Shown here in pieces: positions 42,700-56,500 of a stretch of DNA of 64,000 bases (its first letter is position 1; each line of letters opens with the position of its first letter). The DNA is from the human T2T-CHM13v2.0 reference genome, Homo sapiens. The position numbers were made by a program, and so were the translations under genes. The notes under the pieces were generated by a model. It had not been told where the DNA came from and ran no database searches. It was given only the letters and a program-made list of their open reading frames with translations. Where the stretch lies: the NCBI RefSeq assembly GCF_009914755.1, contig NC_060925.1. One strand, written 5' to 3'.

Positions 42700-44275
42700 T
42701 GTAAGATCAAAACCATGGGAATGCAGGGAGCAGACAAAATATAACTAAACAGCGAAACTGATTTTGCCCTACGGACATGCAGCAAAATGAATGAGTGCAG
42801 ATTCCTACTGTCATACATCACATAGGACAGTAAAGAAATGCATAGTGTTTCCCAAGATAGGGCATCACACAGGAGCTCCTCCCTAAAGCTAGGACCAACA
42901 TTTCTATCCTCAGTATAAAGAAGAATCAGAGGTAAATTAGTCCCATTTCACATTCCCTGGAAATGGCACATAAAAATGACTTGAGATTGGACAGATTTAA
43001 AGAAACTCAATCGTTAATGATTTACAGCAACTAATTTAAAAAGTGTTTAAATGTGCAGTCCAAACATACGTCCGAACAGCTTTAGGCCAAGAATTAACAT
43101 AGTGTGGTCCCAGAATGGTGGTGCCTTTAGTAGAATCACAAAAAAATTCAAATTCTCTTTGGCAAATTTTCTATTTACTAATCGGCAAAAGCGCACAAAA
43201 ATAATTTTCAGAGAAAAATAAATATTTGTCATTCAAAGGCATCTAAATATGCAAGGAAATGATATTCCACCATTTGAAAGGAAAGCAGAAAAAGAGTACA
43301 AACAGATCCACAAAGGTTCATTAGTAGAAATATCATTGTTAGATTATAAAGCACATTTGCTTTCAAAATTTTTTTAAAAAATTGAATATATTGTTAGGAG
43401 ACTAAAAAATTGATGTAGCAAATTTGAAAAGTAGTTTGCATAAAAATATAGTTATTTTAAATTAAAATCTCAAAAATGTACTCATCAGATTAGACATGGC
43501 CAAGGTGAGAGTTCATAAATATTTCAGAATGCATTACAGAAAATTTTAAAACATGTAAAATGTGGACAGAATCATGAAGAGTTATGGAAGATACAGTGAT
43601 AAAGTGTAGCATGTGTTTAGAGAGTGTTCTCGTAGAAGAATGGAACTGGGAAGGGACAATATGTGATTTTATTTTGGCTGAAATTTCCCTAGACATTTGT
43701 AAGACACTAATCTGCATATTCAAAAATTCCATGGTTGCTAAGCAAGCTACAATGGAGATAAACCTACACCTATGTATCTGCTAGAGAAATAGTAAACAAC
43801 GAGGAAGGTAAAAATATTTCAATTAGCACTAGAAAAATGAAATTACTTTTAATCATATTGAAATCTGAAAAAAATGAAATGTAAAATAAACAATATTATT
43901 TGTTAAGAATAATAATGCCATTCTGAATTTTTAAACTAATAAAAATATTCATCAACCTATGGCTAAATAACATATTTATAGATAAAAAACAAAACGCCAC
44001 CAGCAGAATTCCACTAAAGAAACTACAGAGAAACTCTGAAAATATGCTTCAGAAAGATTGAAGTTCTGAAATCAAAGAATGAACAGAGAGTAAAATATAT
44101 TGCAAACTTACAGATAGAACAAATAAGAAACTGGGTTTTGAAACAAAAATATATTTAAAATTAGATAAGCACTGCAATATGTATGATAAAAAGAAAATTA
44201 TTAGGGCTGAAGTATTCAAAGAACCCCTAATTGTCTGACAAGAGCAGAAAAGTGAGTATGACTTTGCAACTCTTT
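42700..44275 (+). mobile_element. Highly decayed L1M-type 5'/ORF1-like A-rich sequence abutting the satellite
   Basis: A-rich strand bias and motifs such as 'aaatttccctagac...ccaccagcagaattccactaaagaaac'; family assignment is weak. Confidence 0.4.
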
Positions 44276-44284
44276 TTCTTTTTC

Positions 44285-44565
44285 GAATGGAATGGAATGG
44301 AATGGAATGGAATGGAATGGAATGGAATCGAATGGAATTGAATGGAGAGGAATGGAATGGAATGGGAGATGAGTTTGTCCCATTGTGCTACAGGAAGGGT
44401 GACAGAGTGAGACACTCTTGAAAGAAAGCAATGGAATGGAAAGCAGTGGAATAGAATGGAATGGAATGCAATGGAGTGGAATGGAGTGCAGAAGAGAGGA
44501 GTGGAATGGAGTGGAATGGAATCGGATGAAATGGAATGTCATGCAATGGAATGGAATGGAATGGA
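44285..44565 (+). repeat. (GGAAT)n HSat3-like edge with embedded Alu-derived fragment
   Basis: About 8 perfect GAATG copies, then degenerate GGAAT/GGAGT pentamers; non-satellite insert at about 44364-44428. Confidence 0.85.
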
Positions 44566-47500
44566 ATCATCATCGAATGGAATAGAATGGAATTATCATG
44601 GAATGGAATCAAAAGGAATCATCATTGAATGGAATCGAACGGAGTCATCATCGAATGGAATCGAAAGGCATCATCATGCAATGGACTTGAATGGAATCAT
44701 AAACGGATGGACTCGAAAAGAATCATCATCGAATAGAATTAAATGGTATCATCATTGAATGGAAGCGAATGGAATCATCATCAAATGGAATAGAATGGAA
44801 TCATCAAATGGAATCAAATGGAATCATCATCAAATGTAATCAAATGGAATCATCGAATGGAATCGAATGGAATCATCTAATGGACCCGAATGGAATCATC
44901 ATCAAATTGAATAGAACTGAATCATCATCGAATGGAATCGAATGAAATCATGTAATAGACACGAATAATATCATCATCGAATGGAATCGAATGGAACCAT
45001 CTAATGTACCCAAATGGAATCATCATTGAATGGAATGGAATGGAATCATCAAATGGAATCAAATGGAATCTTCATCACATGGAATTGAGTGCAATCATCG
45101 AATGGACTCGAATGTAATAATCGGAGAATGGAATCGAATGGAATCATCGAATGGACTCGAATGGAATCATCATCGAATGGAATCAGATGGAATCATCCAA
45201 TGGACCCAAATGGAATCATCATCGATTGGAATCGAATGGAATCATCGAGTGGACTCGAATGGAATCATCATCGAATGGAATGGAATGGTATCATCAAATG
45301 GATTAGAATGGAATCATCATAGAATGAAATGAAATGGAATCATTTAATGGCATCAAATGGAATCATCATCGAATGGAATCGAAGGGAATGATGTAATGGA
45401 CTTGAATGGAATTGTCATTGAATGGAATCAAATGTAAACATCGAATGGACATAAATGGAATCATCATTGAATGGATTCGAATGGATTCATCATCAAATGT
45501 AATCGAATAGAATCATCATCAAATGGAATCGAATGGAATCATCGAATCGAATAGAATGGATTCATCTTCGAATGGAATCAAACAGAATCATCAAATGCAA
45601 CAGATGGAATCATCATTGAATGGAAACGATTGGAATCATCATCGAATGGAATTGAATAGAATCATTATCGAATGGAATGGAATGGAATCATCGAGTGGAC
45701 ACCAATGGAACCATCATCAAATGGAATCGAATGGAATCTTCGAATGGAACCAAATGGAATCATCATTGAGTGCAATCAAATGGAATCATCATCAAATGGA
45801 ATCGAACGGAATCATTTTCGAGTTGAATCGAATAGAATCATCGAATGAAATGGAATGGAATCATCATTGAATGGAATAGAAGGAAATCATCATCAAATGG
45901 AATCAAAAGGAATCATCATCAAATGGAACCGAAGAGAATCATCAACGAATGAAATCGAAAGGAATCATCACTGAAAGGAATCGAATGGAATCATCAACGA
46001 ATGGAAACAAATGGAATCATTGAATGGAATAAAATGTAATCATCATCGAATTGAATCCAAGAGAATCATTCAATAGACTCGAATGGAATCATCGATTCGA
46101 CTCAAATGGAATAACCATCAAATGGAATAGAATGGAATCATCGAATGGAATGAATGGAATCATCATCAAATGAAATCAAACGGAATCATCGAATGGACTC
46201 GAATGGAATCATCATAGAATGGAATCGAATGGAATCATCATCAAACGGAATCGAACAGAATCATCATCAAATGGAATCAAATGGAGTCATCGAATAGAAT
46301 AGAAGGGAATCATCATCGAATGGAATCAAATAGAATCATTGAATGAAATCACATGGAATCATCATCAAATGGAATCAAATGGAATCATCATCGAATGGAA
46401 TTGAATGGAATCATCTTTGAGTAGAATCGAATGGAATTGTCAACAAATGTAATCGAAAGGAATCATCAAATGGAACCAAATGGAATCATCATCGAATGGA
46501 ACCGAATGAATCATCATCAAATGGAAGCAAACGGAGTCATCATCGAATGGAATTGGATGGAATCATAATCGAGTCGAATCAAATGGAATCATCATTGAAT
46601 GGAATCGAATGGAATCACCGAATTGAATAGAATGGAATGATAATCGAATGGAATCAAAGAGAATCATCGAATGGGATCAAATGGAATCATCGAAGTGAGT
46701 CAAAAGGAATCATCAAATGGATTCGAATGGAATATTCAATGAATGGAATTGAATAGAATCATCGAATGGACTCAAATGGAATCATCATCAAGTGGAATCG
46801 AATGGAATCACTGAATTGAATCAAATGGAATGATCATCGAATGGAATCGAAGGGAATCATCGAATGGGATTGAACAGAGTCATTGAATGGAATCGAGGGG
46901 AATCATCAAATGGATTCGAATGGAATCATCTTCAAATGGAATCAAGTGGAATCATCGAAGGGATTCGAATGGAATCATCATCAAATGGAATTGAATGGAA
47001 TCATCGAATAGACACGAGTGGAATCATCTTTGAATCATTGAAAGGCGTCGAATGGAATCATCATCGAATGGACTCTAATGGAATAATCGAATGGACTCAA
47101 ATGAAATCATCGAAAAAACTCAAGCAGAATCATTATTGAATGGAATCGAATGGAATCATTGAATGGACTCGAATGGAATCATCATCGAATGGAATTGAAT
47201 GGAATCATCAAATGGACGCGAATGGAATCATCATCAAATGGATTAATCATCGAATGGAATTGAATGGAATCATCAAACGGACTCGAATGGAATCATCATC
47301 AAATGGAATCCATTGGAATCATCTAATGGAATCGAATGGAAATATCAAATGGAATCGAATGGAATCATCTTTGAAGAAAATCTAATGGAATCATTGAATG
47401 GAATATAATGCAATTATCATCAAATGGAATCGAATGGAACCATCGAATGGAATTGAATTTAATCACCGTTGAATGGAATCGAATTGAATCATCATCAAAT

Positions 47501-50500
47501 AGAACTGAGAGGAATAATCGAATGGACCCGAATGGAGTCATCATCGAATGGAATTGAATGGAATCATTTAATGGACACGAATGGAATCATCATCGAATAC
47601 GATCAAAAGCAATCATCAAGTGGATTCGAACAGAATGATCAAATGGACTCGAATGTAATCTTCATCGAATGAAATCAAATGGAAACATCGAATGGACTCG
47701 AATGCAATCATCAATGAATGGAATCGAATGGAATCATCGAATGGAATCAAATGGAATCATCATCATATGTAATCGAATGGAATCATCGAATGGACTCGAA
47801 TGGAATCATCATTGAATAGAATTGAATGGAATCATCAAATGGACTTGAAAGGAATCATCATCAAATGGAATCGAAAGGAATCATCGAATAGAATCGAATG
47901 TAATTATTATCGAATGAAATCGCACTGAATCATCGAATGGACTCGAATAGGATCATCATCTAATGGAATCGAATGGAGTCATCGACAGGATTTGAATGGA
48001 ATCATCATTGAATGTAATGGAATGGAATCATCAAACGGATTACAATGAAATCATCATAGAATGAAATCGAATGGAATCATCGAATGGAATAGAAGGGAAT
48101 CATCTTTGAATGGAATCAAATAGAATCATCGAATGAAATCAAATGGAATCATCATTGAATGTAATTGAATGGAATCATTATGGAAAGGAATTGAATAGAA
48201 TCATCATCGAATGGAATCATGGAATGGACATGAATGGACTCATCATCAAATGGAATTGAATGGAATCATCAAACGGACTCGAATGGGATAATCATCAAAT
48301 GGAATCCATTGGAATCATCAAATGGAATCAAATGGAATTATCGAATGGAATCGAACGGAATCATCTTTGAATAAAATCAAATGGAATCATCGAATGGAAT
48401 CTAATGCAATCATCATCAAATGGAATCGAATGGACCCATAGAATGCAAGAGAATGGAATCACCATTGAATGGACTCGAATGGAATAATCATTGAATAGAA
48501 TCTAAGGGAAACATTGAATGGAATCAAATGGAACCATCGTCGAATGGAATCGAATGGAATCAACGAATGGAACCAAATGGAATCATCATCGAATGCAATT
48601 GAATGGAATCATCATCGAACAGTATCGATTGGAATCATCAACGAATGGAATACAATGGAATCATCATCGAATGGTACCAAATGGAACCATCAAATGGCCT
48701 CTAATGGAATCATCGAAAGGACTCGAATGGAATCATCATCGAATGGAATCAAATGGAATCATCTTTGAATGGAATCAAATGGAATCATCGAATGGAATCA
48801 AATGCAATCATCATCGAATGGAATTGAATGGAATCATCGAATGATACCGAATGGAATCACCATTGAATGCACTCGCATGGAATCATCATCGAAAAGAATC
48901 GAAAGGAATCATCAAATGTAATCAAATGGAATCATCATCAAATATAATAAAATTGAATCATACAATGGAAATGAATGGAACCATCATCGAATGGATTCGA
49001 ATAGAATCATCGAATGAAATCAAATAGAATCAACATCAAATGGAATCGAAAGGAATCATAGTATGGTATCGAATGGAATCATCATTGAACGGAATGGTAT
49101 GGAATCAACATTAAATGGAATCAAAGCAATCATTTAATGGACTCTAATAGAATCATCGAATGGAATTGAATGGAATCATCATTGAATGGAGTAGAAAGGA
49201 ATCATCGAATGGAACCAAATGGAATCATCCAATGGAACCGAATGGAATCATCATCGAAAGGAATAGAATGCCATCATCATCAAATGGAGTCAAATGGAAA
49301 CATCTAATGGACCCGAATAAAATCATCTTTGAATGGAATAGAATGGAATCATCATCAAATGCAATAGAATGGAATCATCTAATGGACCCGAATGGAATCA
49401 TCATCGAATTGAATAGAATGGAATCATCATCGAATGGAATCTAATGCAATCATGTAATGGACACGAATAGAATCATCATGGAATGGAATCAAATGGAATC
49501 ATATAATGTAACCAAACGGAATCATCATCGAAAGGAATCGAAAGGAATCATCAAATGTAACCGAATGGAATCATCATCGAATGGAATAGAATGTAACCAG
49601 CAAATGGAATCAAATGGAATTTTCATCGTATGGAAACGATTGCAATCATCGAATGGACTCGTATGGAAATATCATTGAATGGAATCAAATGGAATCATCT
49701 AATGGACCCAAATGGAATCATCATCCATTGGAATAGAATGGAATCATCTAATGGACTCATATGGAATCATCATTGAATGGAATTGAATGGAATCATTGAA
49801 TGGATTCGAATGGAATCCTCACAAAATGGAATGGAATGGAATCATCAAATGGTTTAGAATGGAATCATCATTGAATGAAATCGAATGGAATCATCGAATG
49901 GCATCAAATGGAATCATCATCTAAAGGAATCAAATGGAATGATCTAATGGACTCGAATGGAATCGTCTTTGAATGGAATCGAATGGAAACATCGAATGGA
50001 CACGAATGGAATCATCATCAAATGGAATCGAATAAAATCATCATTGAATGGAATCGAATGGAATCATCGAATGGAATAGAAGGGACTCATCTTCGAATGG
50101 AATCAAATAGAATGATCAAATGCAATCAAAAGGAATCATCAGTAAATGGAAACGAATGGAATCATCATCGAATGGAATTGAATAGAATCATCATCGATTG
50201 GAATGGAATGGAATCATCGAATGGACACCAATGGAACCATCATCGAATGGAATTGAATGGAATATTCGAATGGACACAAATGGAATCATCATCGATTGCA
50301 ATCGAATGGAATCATCATCAAATGGAATTGAATGGAATCAACATCGAATGGAATCGAATGGAATCCTCGAATGCAATAGAATTGAATTATCACCAAATGG
50401 AATCGAATAGAATCATAGAATGAAATGGAATTGAATCATCATTGAATGGAATCGAATGAAATCATCATTAAATGGAATCGAATTGAATCATCATCGAACG

Positions 50501-53500
50501 GAAATGAATGGAATCATCAACGAATGAAATCAAAAGGAATCATCATTAAAAGGAGTCGAATGGAATCATCAATGAATGGAAACAAATGGAATCATCCAAT
50601 GGAATAAAATGTAATCTTCATTGAATTGAACCCAATGGAATCACTAAATGGACTCGAATGGAATCATTGATTTGACGCAAATGGAAAGAACATTGAATGT
50701 AATAGAATGGAATCATCGAATGTAATTGAATAGAATCATCATCGAATGGAATTGAATGGAATCATCAATGGACTCGAATGGAATCATCATGGAATGGAAT
50801 CAAATAGAATCATCATCAAATGGAATCGAATAGAATCATCATCAAATGGCATCGAATGGAGTCATCGAATGGAATAGAAGGGAATCATCATAGAATGCAA
50901 TCAAATAGAATCATCGAATGAAATCAAATGGAATCATCATCGAATGGAATTGAATGGAATCATCATCAAATGGAATCTAATGGAATCATCATCGAATGGA
51001 ATCGAATGGAATCATCATCGAATTGAATTGAACAGAATCATCATCAAATTGAATCTAACAGAATCATCATCGAATGGAATCAAATGGAATCATCAATGAA
51101 TAGAATCGAATTGAGTCACCAAATGGAATCTGTTGGAATCATCATCGAATGGAACTGAATGCAGTCATCATCGAATGGAATCAAACGGAATCATCAATGA
51201 ATAGAATTGAATTGAGTCACCAAATGGAATCTGTTGGAATCATCACCGAATGGAACTGAAGGCAGTCATCATCGAATGGAATCAAATGGAATCATCAATG
51301 AATAGAATCGAATGGAGTCACCAAATGGAATCTGTTGGAATCATCATCGAATGGAACTGAATGCAGTAATCATCGAATGGAATCAAATGGAATCATCAAT
51401 GAATAGAATCGAATGGAGTCACCAAATGGAATCTGTTGGAATCATCATCGAATAGAACTGAATGCAGTCATCATCGAATGGAATCAAATGGAATCATCAA
51501 TGAATAGAATCGAATGGAGTCACCAAATGGAATCTGTTGGAATCATCATCGAATGGAACTGAATGCAGTAATCATCGAATGGAATCAAATGGAATCATCA
51601 ATGAATAGAATCGAATGGAGTCACCAAATGGAATCTGTTGGAATCATCATCGAATAGAACTGAATGCAGTCATCATCGAATGGAATCAAATGGAATCATC
51701 GAATGGACTCGAATGGAATCATCGAATGCAAACAAAAGCAATAATCATCCAATGGAATCTAATGGAATCATCAAATGGAATTAAATGGAATCATCATCGA
51801 ATGGACTCGAATGGAAATATTGAATGGAATCGAATGGAATCGTAATCGACTGGAGTTGAATGGAATCATCAAATGGACTCGAATGAAATCATCGGAGAAT
51901 GGAATTGAAAGGAATAATCGAATGGACTCGAATGGAATCAACTTTGAATGGAATCGAAGGGGATCATCGAATGGAATCGAAAGCAATCATCAGGGAATGG
52001 AATCGAATGGAACCATCATCGACTGGAATTGAATGGAATCATTGAATGAACTCAAGAGGAATCATCGGAGAATGGAATCGAATGGAATTATCAAATGGAC
52101 TAGAATTGAATCAACTTACAATGGAATTGAATGGAATAATCGAATGGAATCGAATGCTATCATCGAATGGATTCGAAAGCAATCATCATCAAATGGAATC
52201 GAATGGAATCATTGAATGGACACGAATGGAATTATCAACGAATGGAACTGAACGGAACCATCAAATGGAGTCGAATGGAATTATCATCGAATGGAATGGA
52301 ATGGAACCATCGAATGCACTCGAATGGAATCATCATCGAATGGAATCAAATGGAATCATCATCTAATGGAATCAAATAGAATCATTATTGAATGAAATAG
52401 AATGCAATCATCATTGAATGGAATCCAATGGAATCCTCATCGAATGGAATCGAATGGAACCATCAACAAATGTAATCGAATGGAATCATCAAATGGAATC
52501 TAATGGAATCATCATCAAATGAAACCAAATAGAATCATCATGAAATAGAACTGAATGGAGTCATCATCGAAGTGAATCGAATGGAATCATAATCGAATGG
52601 AATCGAATGGAATCATCTTCGAATTGAATCTAATGGAATCAACATCGAAAGGAATCCAGTGGAATCACTGAATTAAATTGAAAGGAATGATCATCGAATG
52701 GAATCGAAGGGAATCATAGAATGGGATCGAACAGAATCCTCAATGGTAATTGAATGGAATCATCGAATGGACTCGACTGGAATCATCATTGAATGGAATC
52801 AAATGTGATCATCATCGAAAGAAATCCAGTGGAATCACTGAATATACTCGACTATAATGATCAAATGAACGTGAATGGAATCATCAAATGGAATCGAATG
52901 GAATCATTGAATGGACTCAAACGAAATCATCGAATGGACTCGAATAGAATCATAATAAGATGGAATCGTATGGAATCCTCGAATAGAATCAAATGGAATA
53001 TTCAAATGGAATCGAACGGTATCATCAAGAAATGGAATTGAATGGAATCATCGAATGGAATCGAAGGCAATCTTCATCTAATGGAATCAAGTGGAATCAT
53101 CAATGGAATCAAAGGGAATCATCACCAAGTGGAATCGAGTGGAATCTTAGAATGGAATCGAATGGAATCATTGTCGAATGAAATCGAATGGAATCAGTGA
53201 ATTGAATTGAATGGAATCACCAATGAGTGGAATCGAATGGAATCACCAATGAATGGAATCGAATGGAATCATCATCGAATGGAATCAAATGGAATCTTCA
53301 AATGGACTCGAACAGAATCATCATCGAATGGAATCCTGTGGAATAATCTAATGGGCACGAATAGAATCATCATCAAATGGAATCGAATGGAATCATCTAA
53401 TGTACTCGAATGGAATCATCATTGTATGGAATAGAATGGAATCATCGAATGGAATCAAACGGAATCATCATAGTATGGAATCAAGTAGAATCATCGAAAG

Positions 53501-56500
53501 GACTCGAATGGAATAATCATGGAATGGAATCAAAAGCAATCATCCTCGAATGGACTCAAATGAAATAATCGAATGTACTCGAATGGAATCATCAAATAGA
53601 ATTGAATGGAATCTTCGAATGGTCCCAAAGGGAATCATCATCGAATGGAATCGAAAGGAATCATTGAATGGACTCGAATGGGATCATGATCGAATGGAAT
53701 CAAGTGGAATCATCTAATGGAATCAAATGGAATCATCATCGAATGAAAACGAATGGAATCATTGAATGACGCCAAATGGAATCATCATCGAATTGAATCG
53801 AATGGAATCATCGAATAGACTTGAATGCAATCATCAGCGAATGGAATTGAATGGAATCATGGAATGGGCTCTAACGGAATCATTGTCGAATGGAATCGAA
53901 TGGAATCATCATCGAATGGAATCGAATGGAATCATTGAATGGAATTGAATGGAATCATAATCGAATATAATCGAAAGCGATCATCAAATGGATTCGAATA
54001 GAATCATCGAATGGCTTGAATGGAATTATCATCGAATGGAATCATCTAATGGACTCAAATGGAATCATCATCGAATGGAATCGAATGGAATCATCGAATG
54101 GACTCGAATGGAATCATCATCGAATGTAAACAAATGGAATCACTGAAAAGTCTCGAATGGAATCATCATCGAATGGAATCAAAGGGAATCCGTAAATGAA
54201 CCCGAATGGAATCAACATCAAATGGAATTGAATGGAATCATCGAATGGATTCAAAAGGAATCATCATCGAATGAAATTGATGGGAATCCCTGAATGGACA
54301 TGAATGAAACCATCATCGAATAGAATCGAATGGAATCATCGAATTGATTCGAATGGAATCATCGTCAAAAGGAATTGAAAGCAATCATCGAATGGATTCA
54401 AATGGAATTATGAAATGGACTCGAATGGAATTATCCAATACACTCAAATGGAATCATCATCGAACGGACTCTAATGGAATGATCGAAAGGAATCTAATGG
54501 AATCATTGAATGGAAATGAATGGAATCATTGATAGGACTCAAATGGAATTATCGAATGGGCTCAAATTGAATCATCGAATGTACTCGAATGTAATCATTA
54601 TCAAATGGAATCGAATGGAATCATCAAATGGAATTGATCGAAATCATCATCAAATGGAATCAAATAAAATCATCGAATGGAATTGAATGCAATCATCATC
54701 GAATGGAATGGAATGGAATCATCGAATTGACTCGAATGGAATCATCGTTGAATGGAATTGAAAGCAATCATCAAATGGATTCAAATGGAATTATCAAATG
54801 GACTCGAATGGAATCATCGAATGCTCTCCAACGGAATCATCATCGAACGGACTCTAACAGAATGATCGAATGGACTCTAAAGGAATCCTTGAATGGAAAT
54901 GAATGGAATCATTGATAGGACTCAAATGGAAATATCGAATGGGCTCAAATGGAATCATCAAATGGACCCGAATGTAATCATTATCGAATGGAATCGAATG
55001 GAATCATCGAATGGAATTGATCGGAATCATCATCGAATGGAATCAAATAAAATCATCGAATGGAATCGAATGCAATCATCATCGAAAGGTATCGAATTGA
55101 ATCATCATCGAATAGAATAGAATGGACTCATCAAATGGAATCGAATGGAATCATCATCGAATGGAATTGAATGGAATCATCTAATGGAATCCAATGGAAT
55201 CATCATCGAATGGAATCGAATGGAATCATTGAATGGAATCATCATTAAATGGAGTCCAATGGAATCATCAAATTGACTCGAATGGAATCATCACTGAATG
55301 GAATAGAATAGAATCATCCAATGGAATCAAAAGGAATCATCATCAAATGGAATCGAATGATATCATCTAATGCACTCGAATGGAATCATCAACGAATGGA
55401 ATCGAATGGTGTCATTGAATGGAACACAATGGAATAATCTTCGAGTGGAACATTAAGGATTCACTAAGTGGACTCCAATGGAATAATCATGAAATGCAAT
55501 TGGGTGGAATCATCGAATGTACTCGAATGGTATCATCGAATGGAATCAAATGGAATCATCGAATGGATTCGAATGGAATAGTCATCAAGTGGAATCAAGT
55601 GGAGTGATCGAATGGACTCGAATGGAATCACCATCTAATGGAAATGAATGGAATCATCAAATGGACACGAATGGAATCATTGTTGAATGGAATCATATGG
55701 AATCATTGAATGAACTTGAATGCAATCATCGAATGGACTCGAATGGGATCATCATCGAATGGAATCAAATAGAGTCATCGAATGGACTCGAATGGAGTGA
55801 TCAAAAGGACTCAAAAGGAATCAACATCGAATGAAATTGATTGGAATCACTGAATGGACACGAATGGAATCATCATCGAATGGAATTGAATGGAATCATC
55901 AAATTGACTCTAATGGAATCATCGTCGAATGGAATTGAAAGCAATCATCGAATGGATTCAAATGGAATTATCAAATGGACTCGAATGGGATCATCGAATG
56001 CACTCCAATGGAATCATTGAAAGGAATCATCATCGAATGAAATCGAATGGAATCACCGAATCGAAACGAATGGAATCATCATTAAATCGATGGAATGATT
56101 GAATGGACTCAAATGGAATATCATGGAATGGAACCAAAAGCCATCATCAAATGGACTGAAAAGGAATTATTGAATGGACTCGAGTGGAATCACTGAATGG
56201 ACTCGAATGGAATCATCATTGAATGGACTCAAATGGAATGATCGAATGGACTGGAATGGAATCAAGGATTGGACTCAAATGGAATTATGGAATGGGCTCA
56301 AATGGAATCATCGAATTGACCCAAATGGAATCATTATCGAATGGAATTAAATGGAATCATAGAATGGAATCAAAAGGAATCATTGAATGGAATTGATCGG
56401 AATCTTCATTGAATGGAAACAGATGGAATCATCAAATGGAATTGAATGCAGTCATCATCGAATGCACTCGAATGGCATCATGATCAAATGGAATCGAATG

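Noticed and set aside
51062-51690. CRISPR-like regularly spaced array
   Set aside because: The units are fully tandem with no unique spacers, there are no cas genes, and the context is a primate satellite.
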